From Leidyana gryllorum EB-2025a (taxonomy: Eukaryota > Protista > Apicomplexa), in contig JBLWGC010000104.1 in the NCBI GenBank assembly GCA_048772705.1, forward strand, positions 310,001 through 374,000: DNA of 64,000 bases, given 5' to 3'. The notes under the pieces are model-generated. The model searched no databases. It saw only the letters and a program-made list of their open reading frames with translations, and was not told the DNA's origin. The stretch's first letter is position 1. Each line of letters starts with the position of its first letter. The position numbers were made by a program, and so were the translations under genes. This document shows positions 22,109 through 34,399 of the stretch, one piece after another.

Positions 22109-24583
22109 ATGTTGCTTTGCCGTTCTCTTTCTCCCACAACAAACCTTCTCGTGCGCAAGCATCATGCTGCCCTCTCTCATAATGGTCGAGTAGTTGTGTA
22201 CGGAGGTGTATCGAGCCGTGATGGGGACAAGCCCGGCCAGATAGTAGTCTTAACCCCCAAGACGGGTCATTTGGCCCGGTACACTGGAGTGACTACGCAA
22301 ACCGAGACGGGATTACCACCGGTGCGGTCAGGTTTAAGTGCTGCGTCTGTGAGCATTGCACGAGAGTTGGTATGCGCTGATGGTGAAGGGAGTTCGGCTA
22401 AAGCTGCGGAAGGAGTTCTCGTAGTTGGAGGATGGCGTGGCCAAAAGCTAAAGGCTGGAGACAATGACCTATGGTTTCTGGAATGCAGCTTCCTCACCTG
22501 GAGTCGACCAAAGTCGACTGGGGACGTGCCAGGGCCCTCTAACTTTGCAACGCTTGATGTCATAACCCCGAATGAATGTATCTTATTTCGAGGTGGCGAC
22601 GGGACTCGAAACTACAATGAGCTGTCGACTTACAATCTCCAGACAGGAGTGTGGACGCGTCGGGAACCCACGACTGGGCCGAAACCTCTGCCCCGGAGCT
22701 GTCACGCTAGCTGCGTTTATGAGCAGCGTCTGTTCATTTACGGGGGATGGAACGGTAAAGAGGTGTTGAGCGATCTGTGGATGTGGTCTCATGGTGAGTG
22801 TGGCCGAGTGGTCGAGACACATTTTGACTTGTTGGGACAGACGCATCATTCTGGACATGTCTGGATCAGTCAGGAGGTTTGGAACCGGGTCCGCGTATTG
22901 AAGCGACTCTGTCTGTAGTCGGCGGTGAGTAAGGGAAGGTCGGATGTGTGAAACGGAGCGCGCCTTCTCTCTTATGGCAGATACGTTGGTGATCTTTGGA
23001 GGGCCCATGGGAAAGAAGGACAGTGGGTCAGGGGCAGCCGAAGCAATGCTAATTGCGGATTTGAAGTGCCGTTCATTCGAGAAGGGTAAATTGCAGTGGA
23101 AACTGCCCCCCTTTTCCGGGGGAGGCGAAGCTCCGAAAGCACGTGTTGGACATCAGGCAACAGTCATTGAAGACACGTTGGTTATATCCGGAGGCAAGGA
23201 ACTGTGCGCTCGGCCATACCCTTTGGAAGGAAGTGATCAATTCAAGCCCGCTGAGAGCATTTTGTATGTCCACTTTGATACTCAGGGAGGGTTCCCTCTC
23301 CCACGAGACACTTTGGATCTGTCGGGTCGGAATGAGCAGAGTCACTATCTGACCAAATTTGCGTGCGCCAATGTGCTCTCTGACGTTCGATTCGATGTTT
23401 CTGGGGTTGTGCTTCCCGCCCATCGGTTGGCTTTGGCGATATCCTGTCGAGTGTTCCGTCGAATGTTCACCACGGGTTTGGCTGAGTCACGTGGTGCCAA
23501 CAGCAAGCATCCGATCCCAATAAATCCAATTTGTGGCGCCCCCGCGTCAGTCTTTGAGATTTTCCTGCGTTTCTGTTACAGTCAAGACTTGGCGACATCG
23601 ATTCTGCATCAATCCATAGCTCCGTGGCACGGTGCTCATGCGCGTGAAGCACATTCTGCGCTCCTGGCGGGTATTTTGTCCAAAGTTGTCACATCAGTTG
23701 ACCACAGTCTCGTCCAACCCACCGACCCTGTTGACTATATTCGCGTCACTCTTCGTAAGCTCTCTACAATACTAAATCGTCACACTGATCACCGATACAG
23801 CCGACGAGCTCCTGGAGGCGGATGCACTCCCCCATTCCAAAGGTTTACTGGCTGAAAGTACTCAATTGGTCCTTCAGCTGCTCCAGGTGAGTGGGTCGTA
23901 GACTCTTCTCCCAGCGAGTGGGATTTCAGATCGCTGATGAGTTCAGCTGCGCCTCTTTGGAGGCGACGAGCGCTGTTCTTCTGGCAGCATTGGTCAGTGA
24001 CGAGTCGCAGTCCCTTATTTTACAAACTGCCGTGGCATTTGGTCAACGTACACTCATAGATTTTGTGGAGTGGAGAATGCGTCGAAAGGCTGACACTCGC
24101 TCACGATGGAGATTTGATGCCGGTCTCGAGATTCCGCAGCAGGACGAAGAAAAGAGAGTCAATCCTCCTACCGGGAAGGCAGATCGCCGTTCACTTTCGC
24201 CAAACCGTCCCTTCGACAACACCCCTGAGACATATGGCGGAATGACCTCACATACTTCAGAGTCTGGCGAGTCTGAGGGGGAGGCAGTGATGCATCCGGT
24301 TCCGTCCTTTGCCCCTCATCGTCGGCCGACGGGGAAAAGTGTTTATGAGAACAGTGAGGCGGTGCCGAATCGTCAGGAGCCCAAGAGATCAATGTCCGGT
24401 TGGATGCGGTTCAAACACAAGAGATCGAAGAGTGAAGGTGACGTGTCAAGTTTCAGATCGATGCACAGCAGCTGTCTGGATTCCGTCGTCGTTGAAGCTT
24501 CAGTGTCGAGAGTTGAACGATCTCCGGATTCTGCTGTTGGGAGACGCCAACGCATTCGAGCTAGGCTTTTAGGAAGGGCTTAA
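22109..24583 (+). CDS. Kelch-repeat + BTB/POZ protein (LZTR1-like architecture)
   Basis: Kelch repeats (PRSCHASCVYEQRLFIYGGWNG; ARVGHQATVI..GG), then BTB start SDVRFDVSGVVLPAHRLALAISCRVFRRMF. About 4 short introns. Confidence 0.85.
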
Positions 24584-24588
24584 AAAAG

Positions 24589-25665
24589 ATGCCTCGCGAA
24601 AGGCCGTTACAGTTCGAATGGATCCCTTTTCCCTCGTTAGATGATGTTGAGAATAATCGGCTCGAACGTATTATGCGCGGACGAGACACAATGACCGCGA
24701 CCGGCCGTATGTTAGCCGAAACAGTGCTCAGTAAAGGGAACATCAATGACTTCCCACGGCCAAAGCTAACTGATCCCCTTATATGGGAGAAGTACGCCGA
24801 TGTATACTACGCAGGACAAGAAGTCATTATTGACGCAATGGACGTTGCCTACACCTACGGCGAACATAACGGATGTTTCGACTTCGCCGGAATACATGTC
24901 GCATTAGAGGCCTATTTGAAACAACCCAGAGTCCCCTTATTCACGGTGAGCTGACGTCCTCTCAACTCGGCTCAGAATGAATATCAATTAGGTAATCATG
25001 TTCACTCACGAACTCGCATTCTGGAGAGGCCGATACCCAATGTCAGACGACGAAGAGATTTTTCGCGAGGTGGGTTCGGAAAAACCGTCAGCATCATCAG
25101 ATGGCACGCGTCACGACTCTGTCCCTCTGCCTCCTCGTTGCTTCTTAAATGTCCGCCGGAAACTCACTCATCCCTGCAGGCCCTGGTGAAACAACGATTC
25201 TTTGCTTTGCTCGAAAGTCAGTCAATACGGCGTCCGCTCAGGATGGAGTGTCCTACTTACCACGCGGTGGTGGGGGTGATCGATCAAACGACTCTGCGTC
25301 TTCGACCAGCAACGCCCACTGAGGTGGATGAGAATATCAGAGAGGTTCAGCGAACTTTAGGGTTGTCCAAATCGGACCCACTGAGGGCCACCATTTATAT
25401 GGGAAGGGTACCTCGGACGCTGGGGCAATGGGTAACACTGTCAAGTATCGCAGAGGAAAAGGATGCCAAAATCGTGTGTAATAGTTATGAGCACCTGCCT
25501 GACTTGCGCTATTTGGATGACGGATTGATAGAGTACATCACCCGACACAAACTATTGTATATGTTCCAAACAGGGGACTCCTTTGTTGTTTGTGCAGACA
25601 CGACTGGTATAAATGTTGCCTCAAGACCGTCGTCAAGAGCATCATCGCGAAGACCAGAAAAATGA
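24589..25665 (+). CDS. Zc3h12a/Regnase-like NYN (PIN) domain protein, degenerate
   Basis: VIIDAMDVAYTYG..CFDFAGIHVALEAY resembles IDGSNVA..HG..FS..GI; AEEKDAKIVCN and ITRHKLLYMF..DSF match the C-terminal NYN pattern; multi-exon. Confidence 0.6.
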
Positions 25666-25667
25666 AA

Positions 25668-26567
25668 ATACTCTGATTTAACAACTCGCTCTCTATAAGA
25701 CTCGCCTTTGAGCATTCTGATGAAAGCATGTGGAGCTATCGACAGATCCATCACATCTAGTTAGTTGATTTGGTAATAGATCTGGTTTGACATCAGACCC
25801 TCAAAGGTTCCACGGGCGGACTCAGTGACTCGGGTTTCTCAGCCCAAGTTGCGACAATGACGATTTCATCTCAAGATTTTCGATCAGAACACGAAGGTGA
25901 TACTTGAGGCGATGGAGATTTTCGTCAGGCTTCAAATTATAATCAGAGCGCCCATATTTGTTCATCCGCAGCAGGTCGGCATCGAGCGTCTCTCCTCCAA
26001 CATTGTTCAGTTAGCAGTCGATCCCGTCCTGACAAAAGTCACCCAACTTGGTGGCATAGTCTCCACAGGTGTTGTAGTCGAGAACGACGTCTGCTATCAG
26101 CATTTCTTTGATATAATTGGACTTCGCATCACGTCGCGCGCACGCAACAACTCGCAGTCCTTCATTTCGTCCAACTGGACCACCAACGACCCCACCACAC
26201 CCTTAGCCGCAGTACCCACCAAGCTCTCATCCTGCTTGAGACTCACCCGGCTTCATCAGACCGAGCCACGCAGTCATGCCTGGCCTGCCTGGCCTACCTG
26301 TACGTGGACACAGTATAAAATAGGGGAGAGTTGCCGAGATCTGAGGCTTCGATCACGTTGTCCCGCTAGAAAGAGGAGGGGTACAGCTTGACTGATATGT
26401 CATACGACCGCACATGTACGGGTCGACTGGCAGGCACCCGAACGCCGTCTTCCTCATTTCTTCCCTTAAATTTCGTTGGGGTCGCGGCATCAATAACCCC
26501 AAAATGGGTGTCGGCGTCTGGAAGGCCGATTGGATAGAATAGGGGTAAAGCCCTGAGTGGTGGACAT
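25668..26567 (-). pseudogene. Decayed duplicate of the adjacent NADP-dependent oxidoreductase
   Basis: Collinear DNA similarity to 27057-28100 (e.g. APHAFIRMLKGE, VDPYM, gagtggtggacatgttg vs gagtggtagacatgttg), but with frameshifts, ~140 nt of deletions and a lost stop codon. Confidence 0.9.
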
Positions 26568-26959
26568 GTTGTCGAACCAGAACTTGGGTATAAAGGACCA
26601 CCAACCGATGTCCCAGCGCTTAAGAAGTACTCGGACCTCTGTGAGACGGGGCTCTGGTAGCCAAAACGCTATTAGTTCAACTTACAATGAAGTGCACTCA
26701 GCACTGAATAGAGTGCTTAGTCGAGTACGTCGTGTTGATCTGGAATGACCCCGACCACACACGTGTGTGTCGAGATACTGGCAGTATCTCCTAGGTAATC
26801 CGGTCACATGGGAGGAGCACTGTAACGTGCAACACGCCGACACAAAGTAACCATCGAGGCAATGGACTGTAGCAGCAATGAGAGATATTGAGAATGTGTT
26901 CTGGTGTCCTTGAACATGTAGCACTGAGGCGTCTCTAAGCTGAGTTGTCCCCCGGTTGT

Positions 26960-27055
26960 CCCCTAAAGCGCCCCTTGTTAGTGTAGATACAACGGGTAGA
27001 AATGTTGCTTCAAGATTGTCGTCAAAATCGTGATCGCGGAGAATAGAACAATGAA
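26960..27055 (+). pseudogene. Remnant copy of the 3' end of the NYN-domain gene
   Basis: gtgtagatacaacgggtagaaatgttgcttcaagattgtcgtcaaaa aligns with 25590-25640 gtgcagacacgactggtataaatgttgcctcaagaccgtcgtcaaga. Confidence 0.7.
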
Positions 27056-27056
27056 A

Positions 27057-28100
27057 TTACTCTAATTTAACAACTTGTTTGCCATGATTCTCGCCTTTGA
27101 GCATTCTGATGAAAGCATGTGGAGCCACCGACAGATCGCCTTTCATTTCGTCGATTTGATATTTGATTTGGTTTGACATCAAACCTTTGATGATGTCACC
27201 CACGGCCTCAGTAACTCCGAATTTCTGAGCTAAACTTGCGACAATGAAGCCTTGCATCTTAAGTTCTTTGATGAGTACACGAAGGTGATACTTGAGGCGA
27301 TAGGGAGTCTCGTTAGGTTTCAAGTTATATTCAGAGATTGCTCCACAGATGGCGATGCGGCCATATTTGTTCATTCGCAGCAGGACGGCGTCGAGCATCT
27401 CTCCTCCAACATTGTCAAAGTAGCAGTCAATCCCGTCCGGACACACTTCCGCCAACTTGGTGGCATAGTCTCCACAGGTCTTGTAGTTGAACACCACGTC
27501 GGCTTTCAGCTCTTCTTTGATATACTTGCACTTCTCATCACTTCCTGCGCACGCAACGACTCGCAGTCCCTTCATTTTGCCCAGCTGGACGACCAACGAC
27601 CCAACCGCACCATTAGCCGCAGTAACGAACAACGTCTCTCCTGCTTGAGGCTCACACACCTTCATGAGACCGAGCCAAGCGGTCATGCCCGGCATACCCA
27701 ATATGCCAATATAGTAAGATAGGGGGAACTTGCCAAGATCTGAGGCTTTGATGACGTTGTCAAGTGCGGGGTTCGGCTTGTGAACAAAGCTCATCTGCCA
27801 GGGAAAGAATCCCGACACGTAATCGCCAACCGGGTACTTGTCGTTCTTGGACTCCACAATCTTGCCTATCGCATAGCCATCGATCACTTTGCCCTTCTGA
27901 AACCCAGAGATGTACGAATCGGTCGACTTTGTCATACGACCACGCATGTACGGGTCCACCGACACGTAAACCAATTCCATCTTCAGCATCCCTTCCCCCA
28001 CTTCTGTAGGGGTGGGCACATCGACAACCTCAAAATCGGTGTCGGCATTTGGGAGGCCGACTGGATGTTCCTTCAAGGTGAGAGCGCGAGTGGTAGACAT
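27057..28100 (-). CDS. NADP-dependent oxidoreductase (prostaglandin/2-alkenal reductase, CurA-like, MDR family)
   Basis: Intronless; SVDPYMRGRM, LGMPGMTAW, AANGAVGSLVVQ, CPDGIDCYFDNVGG, GRIAICGAISEYN, GKQVV. Confidence 0.93.
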   Translation of the reverse strand: MSTTRALTLKEHPVGLPNADTDFEVVDVPTPTEVGEGMLKMELVYVSVDPYMRGRMTKSTDSYISGFQKGKVIDGYAIGKIVESKNDKYPVGDYVSGFFPWQMSFVHKPNPALDNVIKASDLGKFPLSYYIGILGMPGMTAWLGLMKVCEPQAGETLFVTAANGAVGSLVVQLGKMKGLRVVACAGSDEKCKYIKEELKADVVFNYKTCGDYATKLAEVCPDGIDCYFDNVGGEMLDAVLLRMNKYGRIAICGAISEYNLKPNETPYRLKYHLRVLIKELKMQGFIVASLAQKFGVTEAVGDIIKGLMSNQIKYQIDEMKGDLSVAPHAFIRMLKGENHGKQVVKLE

Positions 28101-28176
28101 GTTGCAGTATTCGAAATTCGATAGGAAAAAATACCGCCAAGTTGTCCCCACGATATTTGGGACGGCTGGGACATTG

Positions 28177-28938
28177 ATGACACAAAGACTGTCAGAGCAA
28201 AATGTTATTGCATTGATGTTGAACTACCATTGTAGCTGTATACCGTACTCAGACTTGTCTGTCTGAACGTGGAAGCCGGACACACGTGTGTAGGGAGACA
28301 CTGCCAATGTCATCTCGTTGTGGGGTTTCTGGATGATGGTGCTCCCGGAATGACTTCTCGGTCAGGCTTGGAGTGGCTGGAGTGATTCGGATGTTTGACT
28401 GCCAACACTTATATCTGGACGTCTGATTAGTGAGGTGACCGGGCTATCAAGAGTGCAGAGTCTATTTGCGATGAATCACAGCAACTCGGTTTCATATTCC
28501 GCGACCCGATGGAACTACTCCCATCTCGAGAACTTTCCATTGGATCTTTCGATTTCCAACATTGTTTGAGACAGCAAGTGTTCAATCAACGAAGCGGAGG
28601 AGCAGAGCAAAAGATGTGTGGTTTTCAATTTTGAACATTGTATAGAGCAGCCCCAGCTTCAAATAGAAGGCGTGGGCGTCAGCAGCAACGACATAGTTGT
28701 AAGAGTTTCGCTCCCTGTCAGAGTTCCAGCTCCACAGCTATTGGGCTGTGCCCTTCTTTTTGACAGGGCGATGAGAGATCGCGCCGTGGCAACTTGGATG
28801 CAAATGTCATGGCAAGCAAAAGCGATGGTAGCCGTCCGTCTGTTTGCAGGAGTAGTTAGAAAGTTGTTCGAGCTCATATACTTGGCCCAGGGACACGTTT
28901 GTACGTGTGAATTGATTGAAGGACGATTTTGGGCGTAA
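28177..28938 (+). CDS. Possible multi-exon hypothetical protein
   Basis: ATG 28177 plus plausible short GT-AG introns leading toward ORF 28618-28938; no recognisable motif and a weak model. Confidence 0.25.
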
Positions 28939-29417
28939 GCGAGTGAGAGTGACAAACTTGTCATTGATTCATCCGAGATACTTCAAGTTGTGTCTTTGAC
29001 CTCTAATTGATCTCCAATCTGAGAAGTCGTGGGGGCGTGAAGCTTCGTTCTCTCTTCTGTCCCTTGCGTTCGGGGGGTCATCGAAGAGGGATCAAAGGTG
29101 GCACGGAGACGTTGGATATGTGAAATAGGGAGAAAGTCTTCCTCTCGAATTTTCACGATGTGCGTACTCGGAAGTATCCCAAAATCAGACAATGAGATCC
29201 GCACATATATGCACAAAAACTCACACATACACGCACGCTCACAGACACACACGGCTAGACCCAGATAGAAGGGAGTTTGTTGGGAATACAAAGCACAAAA
29301 GTGGTCGCGCACAGAATCCATCGATTCCCTCGATAGATTTGCGGAGGTTTTGAATCGACCCTCTTACTACCATCATCGATCGGGCAGCGCAGGTCGGAAG
29401 GGAGAAATTGAGGGCTG

Positions 29418-31277
29418 CTATTTGCGAAGTGATATGTGCAAATCGATCCAGTGTGGATGCGTGGAATCGAATGGACGGAAGAGAGGGAGGCTCGACAGTC
29501 CCCAAGACCCGAGCTGGAGCACCGCATGATCATGTGTAGTTGGGAGAGACAGATCGCGACAGAGGGTAGAAATACGTAACCTGCGAGCGGACGCTAAATT
29601 GGTATCCGAGCGAGCCGAACCCGGTTGAGTCCATCGCAGTATGCTGGAGGGGGGGGCATTGAGGTATTTGTTACGGAAGGTGATGGGAATATGAGAATGA
29701 TATCTGGCTGTACACCGGGCCAGATATAGCAACTGGCGGTCAGACAATGAGAAGGAGCAATAGGAATCGACAGGTGGTGGGTTGACGGTCTTCATAGCTC
29801 GCAATAATCGGTCACAGCACCGTCCTCTGACCAAATGAAAAACGGCCTGCATTGTTAGGGGATGTAGGAATGGAAGCTCGAGATAGGCAACTCGTAGTCG
29901 GTGATTGAAGGACTTGATAGCACACAGTGACGTGGAGTACCACTCGAATACAGTCGGGAAAAGGGGTACGTGTTCGCTCAATAAGACCCATTCCACTCCC
30001 AACGTGGCGAACATCTCGGCTGACGGAGGGATAGGTAGTTCGCGACGGTAATTACAAAGCACTGAGCAACCCTCAGGCCAAACGATTCTGTCCTGACACT
30101 GACGCCACAGACAAAGGCATTCGCTCAATGTTAAACATACAGTCGTTTCAGCAGTAATTGTTCGAAGTAAGGAGTTCACTGCCCGCCAATTACTCTCGGG
30201 CGAACCCGAGCTGACCGGAACGTTAGTCGAACTGGTCCAAATTCGTGGCTCTCGGCGCAGTCCGTCTTTCAAGGTGACTACACAGTCACCGGGCGGAACA
30301 CATATTCTGTGTGAAGATGTATCGTCGTTGTGGATTTGGGTATCTACAGGCGGTAACTTGGGTATAACTCGAGGCCAACTCTCGTACCAGACCGTCTCAC
30401 GTCTGACTTCTACTGGGTAGTACTTTTCGAAGAAGAGCCATAGAGTCAGCAGAATTGGTTTGACACGTTTGATCATTGGTGTCGTCCAACGATCACTCAG
30501 CCACCAACACTCTTCATCCCATTCCCGCTTTATTGAGTGTACAGTTTCCGAGTCGACGATCCGCATACGGTGAATTAGTTCGAGTATACCTGCCCAGTCG
30601 CCAGCACACCCCGGCTGTACAACGCGGATCAACGGGCGGCAGTGTTCTCCATCACCTGATGATCCACTCAGGAGCCTGCAGATGACCTCAGCCGTCAGGG
30701 CCGGAGAAGCACATCCAATTTCATGGTGAATGCCCGTCGGAGGGATCAATTGGTAAATCATTGACTTTCGTAGGGGGGGAAGGACTTGTGTCGTCGTGAT
30801 AGCCTCACAACCGCCATCTATCACATACTGTAGTCGCGGGAAAGGATTCAATACACGGACACTGTCACCACTGATACCCGACAACCATAAAACTTTGAGT
30901 CTCGGGAAGAAACCACTCATCTCCAACGAACCACAACAATGTCCTCCGATACGTAGATACTCCAACCGCGGACACTCAGATTGTAACCACTCAACTACCA
31001 ACTCGCGGTACAAATCCGTCACAATCAAATTCAGATCCAAATTAATGGACCGCGCCAGAGGTAATATTCGCCGAAGCCAACGCCGATGCCAATCGTCGTT
31101 CACTACAAAAGAAGTACTCGCCAGCATACTGGTCATATCCACGTGGTCCGCCACATATTCGTATGTTACGTATGATCGGAAAGATCGACTCAACCGACTC
31201 AACCATGCCACTTCATGGGCTTCCAGCCATTGTAACCACTGCTTTACCAGAGGCGTTCGCAATAACGCCCTTTGCAT
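29418..31277 (-). CDS. Hypothetical protein with F-box-like N-terminus and LRR-like segments
   Basis: 619-aa ORF; LVKQWLQWLEAHEVAWLSRLSRSFR (F-box-like); CPRLEYLRIG / FPRLKVLWLS / FPRLQYV repeats. Confidence 0.65.
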   Translation of the reverse strand: MQRALLRTPLVKQWLQWLEAHEVAWLSRLSRSFRSYVTYEYVADHVDMTSMLASTSFVVNDDWHRRWLRRILPLARSINLDLNLIVTDLYRELVVEWLQSECPRLEYLRIGGHCCGSLEMSGFFPRLKVLWLSGISGDSVRVLNPFPRLQYVIDGGCEAITTTQVLPPLRKSMIYQLIPPTGIHHEIGCASPALTAEVICRLLSGSSGDGEHCRPLIRVVQPGCAGDWAGILELIHRMRIVDSETVHSIKREWDEECWWLSDRWTTPMIKRVKPILLTLWLFFEKYYPVEVRRETVWYESWPRVIPKLPPVDTQIHNDDTSSHRICVPPGDCVVTLKDGLRREPRIWTSSTNVPVSSGSPESNWRAVNSLLRTITAETTVCLTLSECLCLWRQCQDRIVWPEGCSVLCNYRRELPIPPSAEMFATLGVEWVLLSEHVPLFPTVFEWYSTSLCAIKSFNHRLRVAYLELPFLHPLTMQAVFHLVRGRCCDRLLRAMKTVNPPPVDSYCSFSLSDRQLLYLARCTARYHSHIPITFRNKYLNAPPSSILRWTQPGSARSDTNLASARRLRISTLCRDLSLPTTHDHAVLQLGSWGLSSLPLFRPFDSTHPHWIDLHISLRK

Positions 31278-31494
31278 TCCTCTCTCAATGTCTTTATCAC
31301 GTCCGCGATAATGCTACTGCCTCTAACCACTAAGCTCGAATTCCACCACTCATCGCCGAATATAGACCAAACCAAATTGAATGACTCAAAAAGTCCAGCA
31401 GATGTCGTCGTCGTCACCACCTCAACAACACAAACAACATGTGGCTTCTTACCCGTTGAACGCCTGACCTTTTTTCGATCATTTTTGTCCAAAC

Positions 31495-33077
31495 ATGGGC
31501 GGCGAAATCTCCCACTTCAACGTCCAGGTACCCCCTCAACACAATCTCAAACTCACACCAATCACTACAGGATGGATTCACCGAGGGTCTCGTCAGGGGA
31601 TCACGACTCGCTCTCCTCACACCCGACGATTATAGACGGCTCTCCATGGCCGAGACACTCGAAGGTAACTAAGCCCTCTGCTCTCCAACAACAAAAATCT
31701 GATCCAGATCTCCGCTCCGCTCTGGAGGACACTGACTACGGTCCCTTCCTGCAGGACGAACCGGCTCCTCTTGCAGTCACCACGATAGGGACAAAATGTC
31801 GAGAAAAGATGGCTGAGGAATTCCGGTACCTTCAGTCTCAAGCCAACTTTCCTCTCAATCGCTTCTTTGAGTTCATCGTCGCCGAACGTATGATTGACAA
31901 TGTAGTCAGTCTCATTCAAGGAGCCTTGAACAAGAAGAGTCCGGAGGTAACACCATCTCCGACACATCCCTAACCACACTCACACACAGGAGCTATTGTC
32001 CCGTGCCGATCCTCTGGGGTGGTCTCCTGAGATGCGAGCTCTACTCACCCTGGATCCGGCCGGAGGATACGAAGAGCTCTATCGCACAGTACTCATCGAC
32101 ACTCCAGTCGGAAAGTACTTTGAGGACTACCTCAACCAGGAAGACAGCGAGAGACACGGTGCCCATCAGGCGCGTACGGTCGAGGACGTGGGTGAAGCTT
32201 TCAGCGAACTGGATCTCGGTAAGAGACCACCTTTCCGCGCTCACCACTCCATCACTCCTCAGAGGTCATGCGAGCAAGTCTCAAGAAGTCGTGGTTGGAA
32301 GAGTTCTATGCTTTCTGCCTCGAGCTGGGCGGCACCACCTCCGAAGTGATGGGAGATATATTGAAACGACAAGCGGATTTCCTCGTTCTCTCTGTCACTC
32401 TCAACAGTCTCAACACCCCAATGGGTGGGGCCAGCCAGCTCTCTGATCGCAATGCTTTGTACCCCTCTTTCGGATATCTATATCCAGCCGGTGAGCACTG
32501 AGTAGTCTCTTTCCGTGGACGAGCAACCATTCTTTAGGCACCGATGCCATGCGGAAAGCATTCAACGACGCCACCATACGTGCCGCCCTGGAAAGCTATC
32601 AGGTAAGTCCCCTCCTACTACTCTTTGCCGCCACGACCGATTGATCTATAGCCGTACTTGGACGTCTATGAACAGTGCCGGGGTTTCTATGCCAAGGAAA
32701 TAGATGCTATCGGCGTCATTGGTGCTGAGTCCAACGCCCCCGAACAGCGCCGAGTGCCAGACGACCAAATGTCGCTCGAAGATGCTGTGTACCGTCAAGA
32801 AGTCAAGATGTATGAGATGGCCTACGAACAACAAATGCATTATGGTACGGATTGGCAACCAGTGAGCTAACAACTCTTTCACTTTCTCACCAGCCGTCTT
32901 CTACGCATGGATCAAACTCAAAGAGCAGGAAATCAGAAATATTCTATGGATTGCTGATATGGTATGGATGTTCGTCATAGAAAGGTTATGTCCTGAAACA
33001 TTCCCTGATTGCAGATTCTCATGAACCGCAAGGACCAGATGGCACAAGTGCTACCTATTTTCGCTCCTCGATATTGA
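31495..33077 (+). CDS. VMA6: V-type ATPase V0 subunit d
   Basis: FNVQ|[14 protein letters not shown]|[48 protein letters not shown]; about 9 short introns. Confidence 0.95.
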
Positions 33078-33089
33078 TTGAATGATCGA

Positions 33090-34384
33090 TCATGCGTGGT
33101 GATCAAGGTCCATGAATGCCTGACTGAACATGTGCAACTTGGCATTGCCCTCAAAAGCTCCCGTAGCAAAACCGGACCCATCAGGGGCAATGTCTAGACA
33201 CCAGGTCGGCGAGTAGTGAGCTTGGATGCGCCCGATCTCATTCTCATAAACCGCATTTATGATAATAGTTTCGAACATACCCTCTTCTGCGGCAGTTACT
33301 GTGACTTTGTCGGCATCCTGACCACCAGCCAGAATGATGTGGGGCTTTCTCTTCTTATCATCAGGATGGTCGAACAACGGACTGATCACGCACCCACGGA
33401 GAGGTCTATCGGTGGTGAAACGCTGCAAAAAGCGAAGACACAATGTAGGACACACACGTGTGGCAAACCACTAACTCACCTTGATCATTCGGAAAGTGCC
33501 AACATCCCACAAACAGGCAGTCATATCATCAGATCCGGTCAACATAGCGGTTCTGTCGCGATTGAAGCTCATGCATGTGACAGCTCTGCTCAAAGGAGAT
33601 TTTTTGGAGGACGACGGCGCGCAAGTGCTCACCCTTGATGTGCTGTGACGCACGCCAGCTGGTTGCCTTCCATGTCCCATCTGTACAATTTGCCACTGTC
33701 ACAGCCTGCGATAATGGACTGATCCATCGGGCCCCAGAAAGCACAAGTTGGATCGCCCTCGAAGGCAGAAGTCTCCATTGCCAGCTCCCATCTCCGGCTC
33801 TTGTTGGGTGCGGCCTCCTCAGTGTCAGTGAGGTACACTTTTACAGAAGGGATTGCCGGGCGGGCACCACCACGAGCGGAGTGGCAGGTGAGAATCATGT
33901 TTTGCTTGAGCGGATTCTGATTCCATTCAACCGTTTCCACCTTGGCTACTTCCTCGATATGATCGAGATAACGGCCAGTCTCGACCTCGTATATAACGAT
34001 ATGGTCTGTGTTCGAGGAGATAGGCATCGAAAACAAAATAGGGTGCGCGCTCACCGAAGACTGCCACGGCCAACTGAGTGGACTTTCTGTTGACATCCAG
34101 CCACTCAACAGCTTGACTGATGTGGTCGAGGTTGGTCAGAACCTTCTCGCTAGCGTCCTGTGGCCTGTCCTTGTTGTAGAAGAAAGTTCCCAGTCTCTCG
34201 CCGTTCGCAGTGCTCCAGACACACACCAAACCATCCTGTTTGTAGAAGAAGAACTTTGAAAGGGATATCGGATACTGTAACTCACATGACCACAGGTGAA
34301 GAGCAAGTCTCCATCAGGGTTGTAGCGGACGCATGTCACGGGCCTCTCCGAAGCACGGAGCGAGATGGCCTTGAGGCAGTCCAT
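33090..34384 (-). CDS. EIF3I: Translation initiation factor eIF3 subunit I (WD40)
   Basis: ERPVTCVRYNPDGDLLFTC, VWSTANGERLGTF, LAGGQDADKVTVT, EIGRIQAHYSP, PDGSGFATG; several short introns. Confidence 0.92.
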
Positions 34385-34399
34385 TGGGGCTGAAAATTT

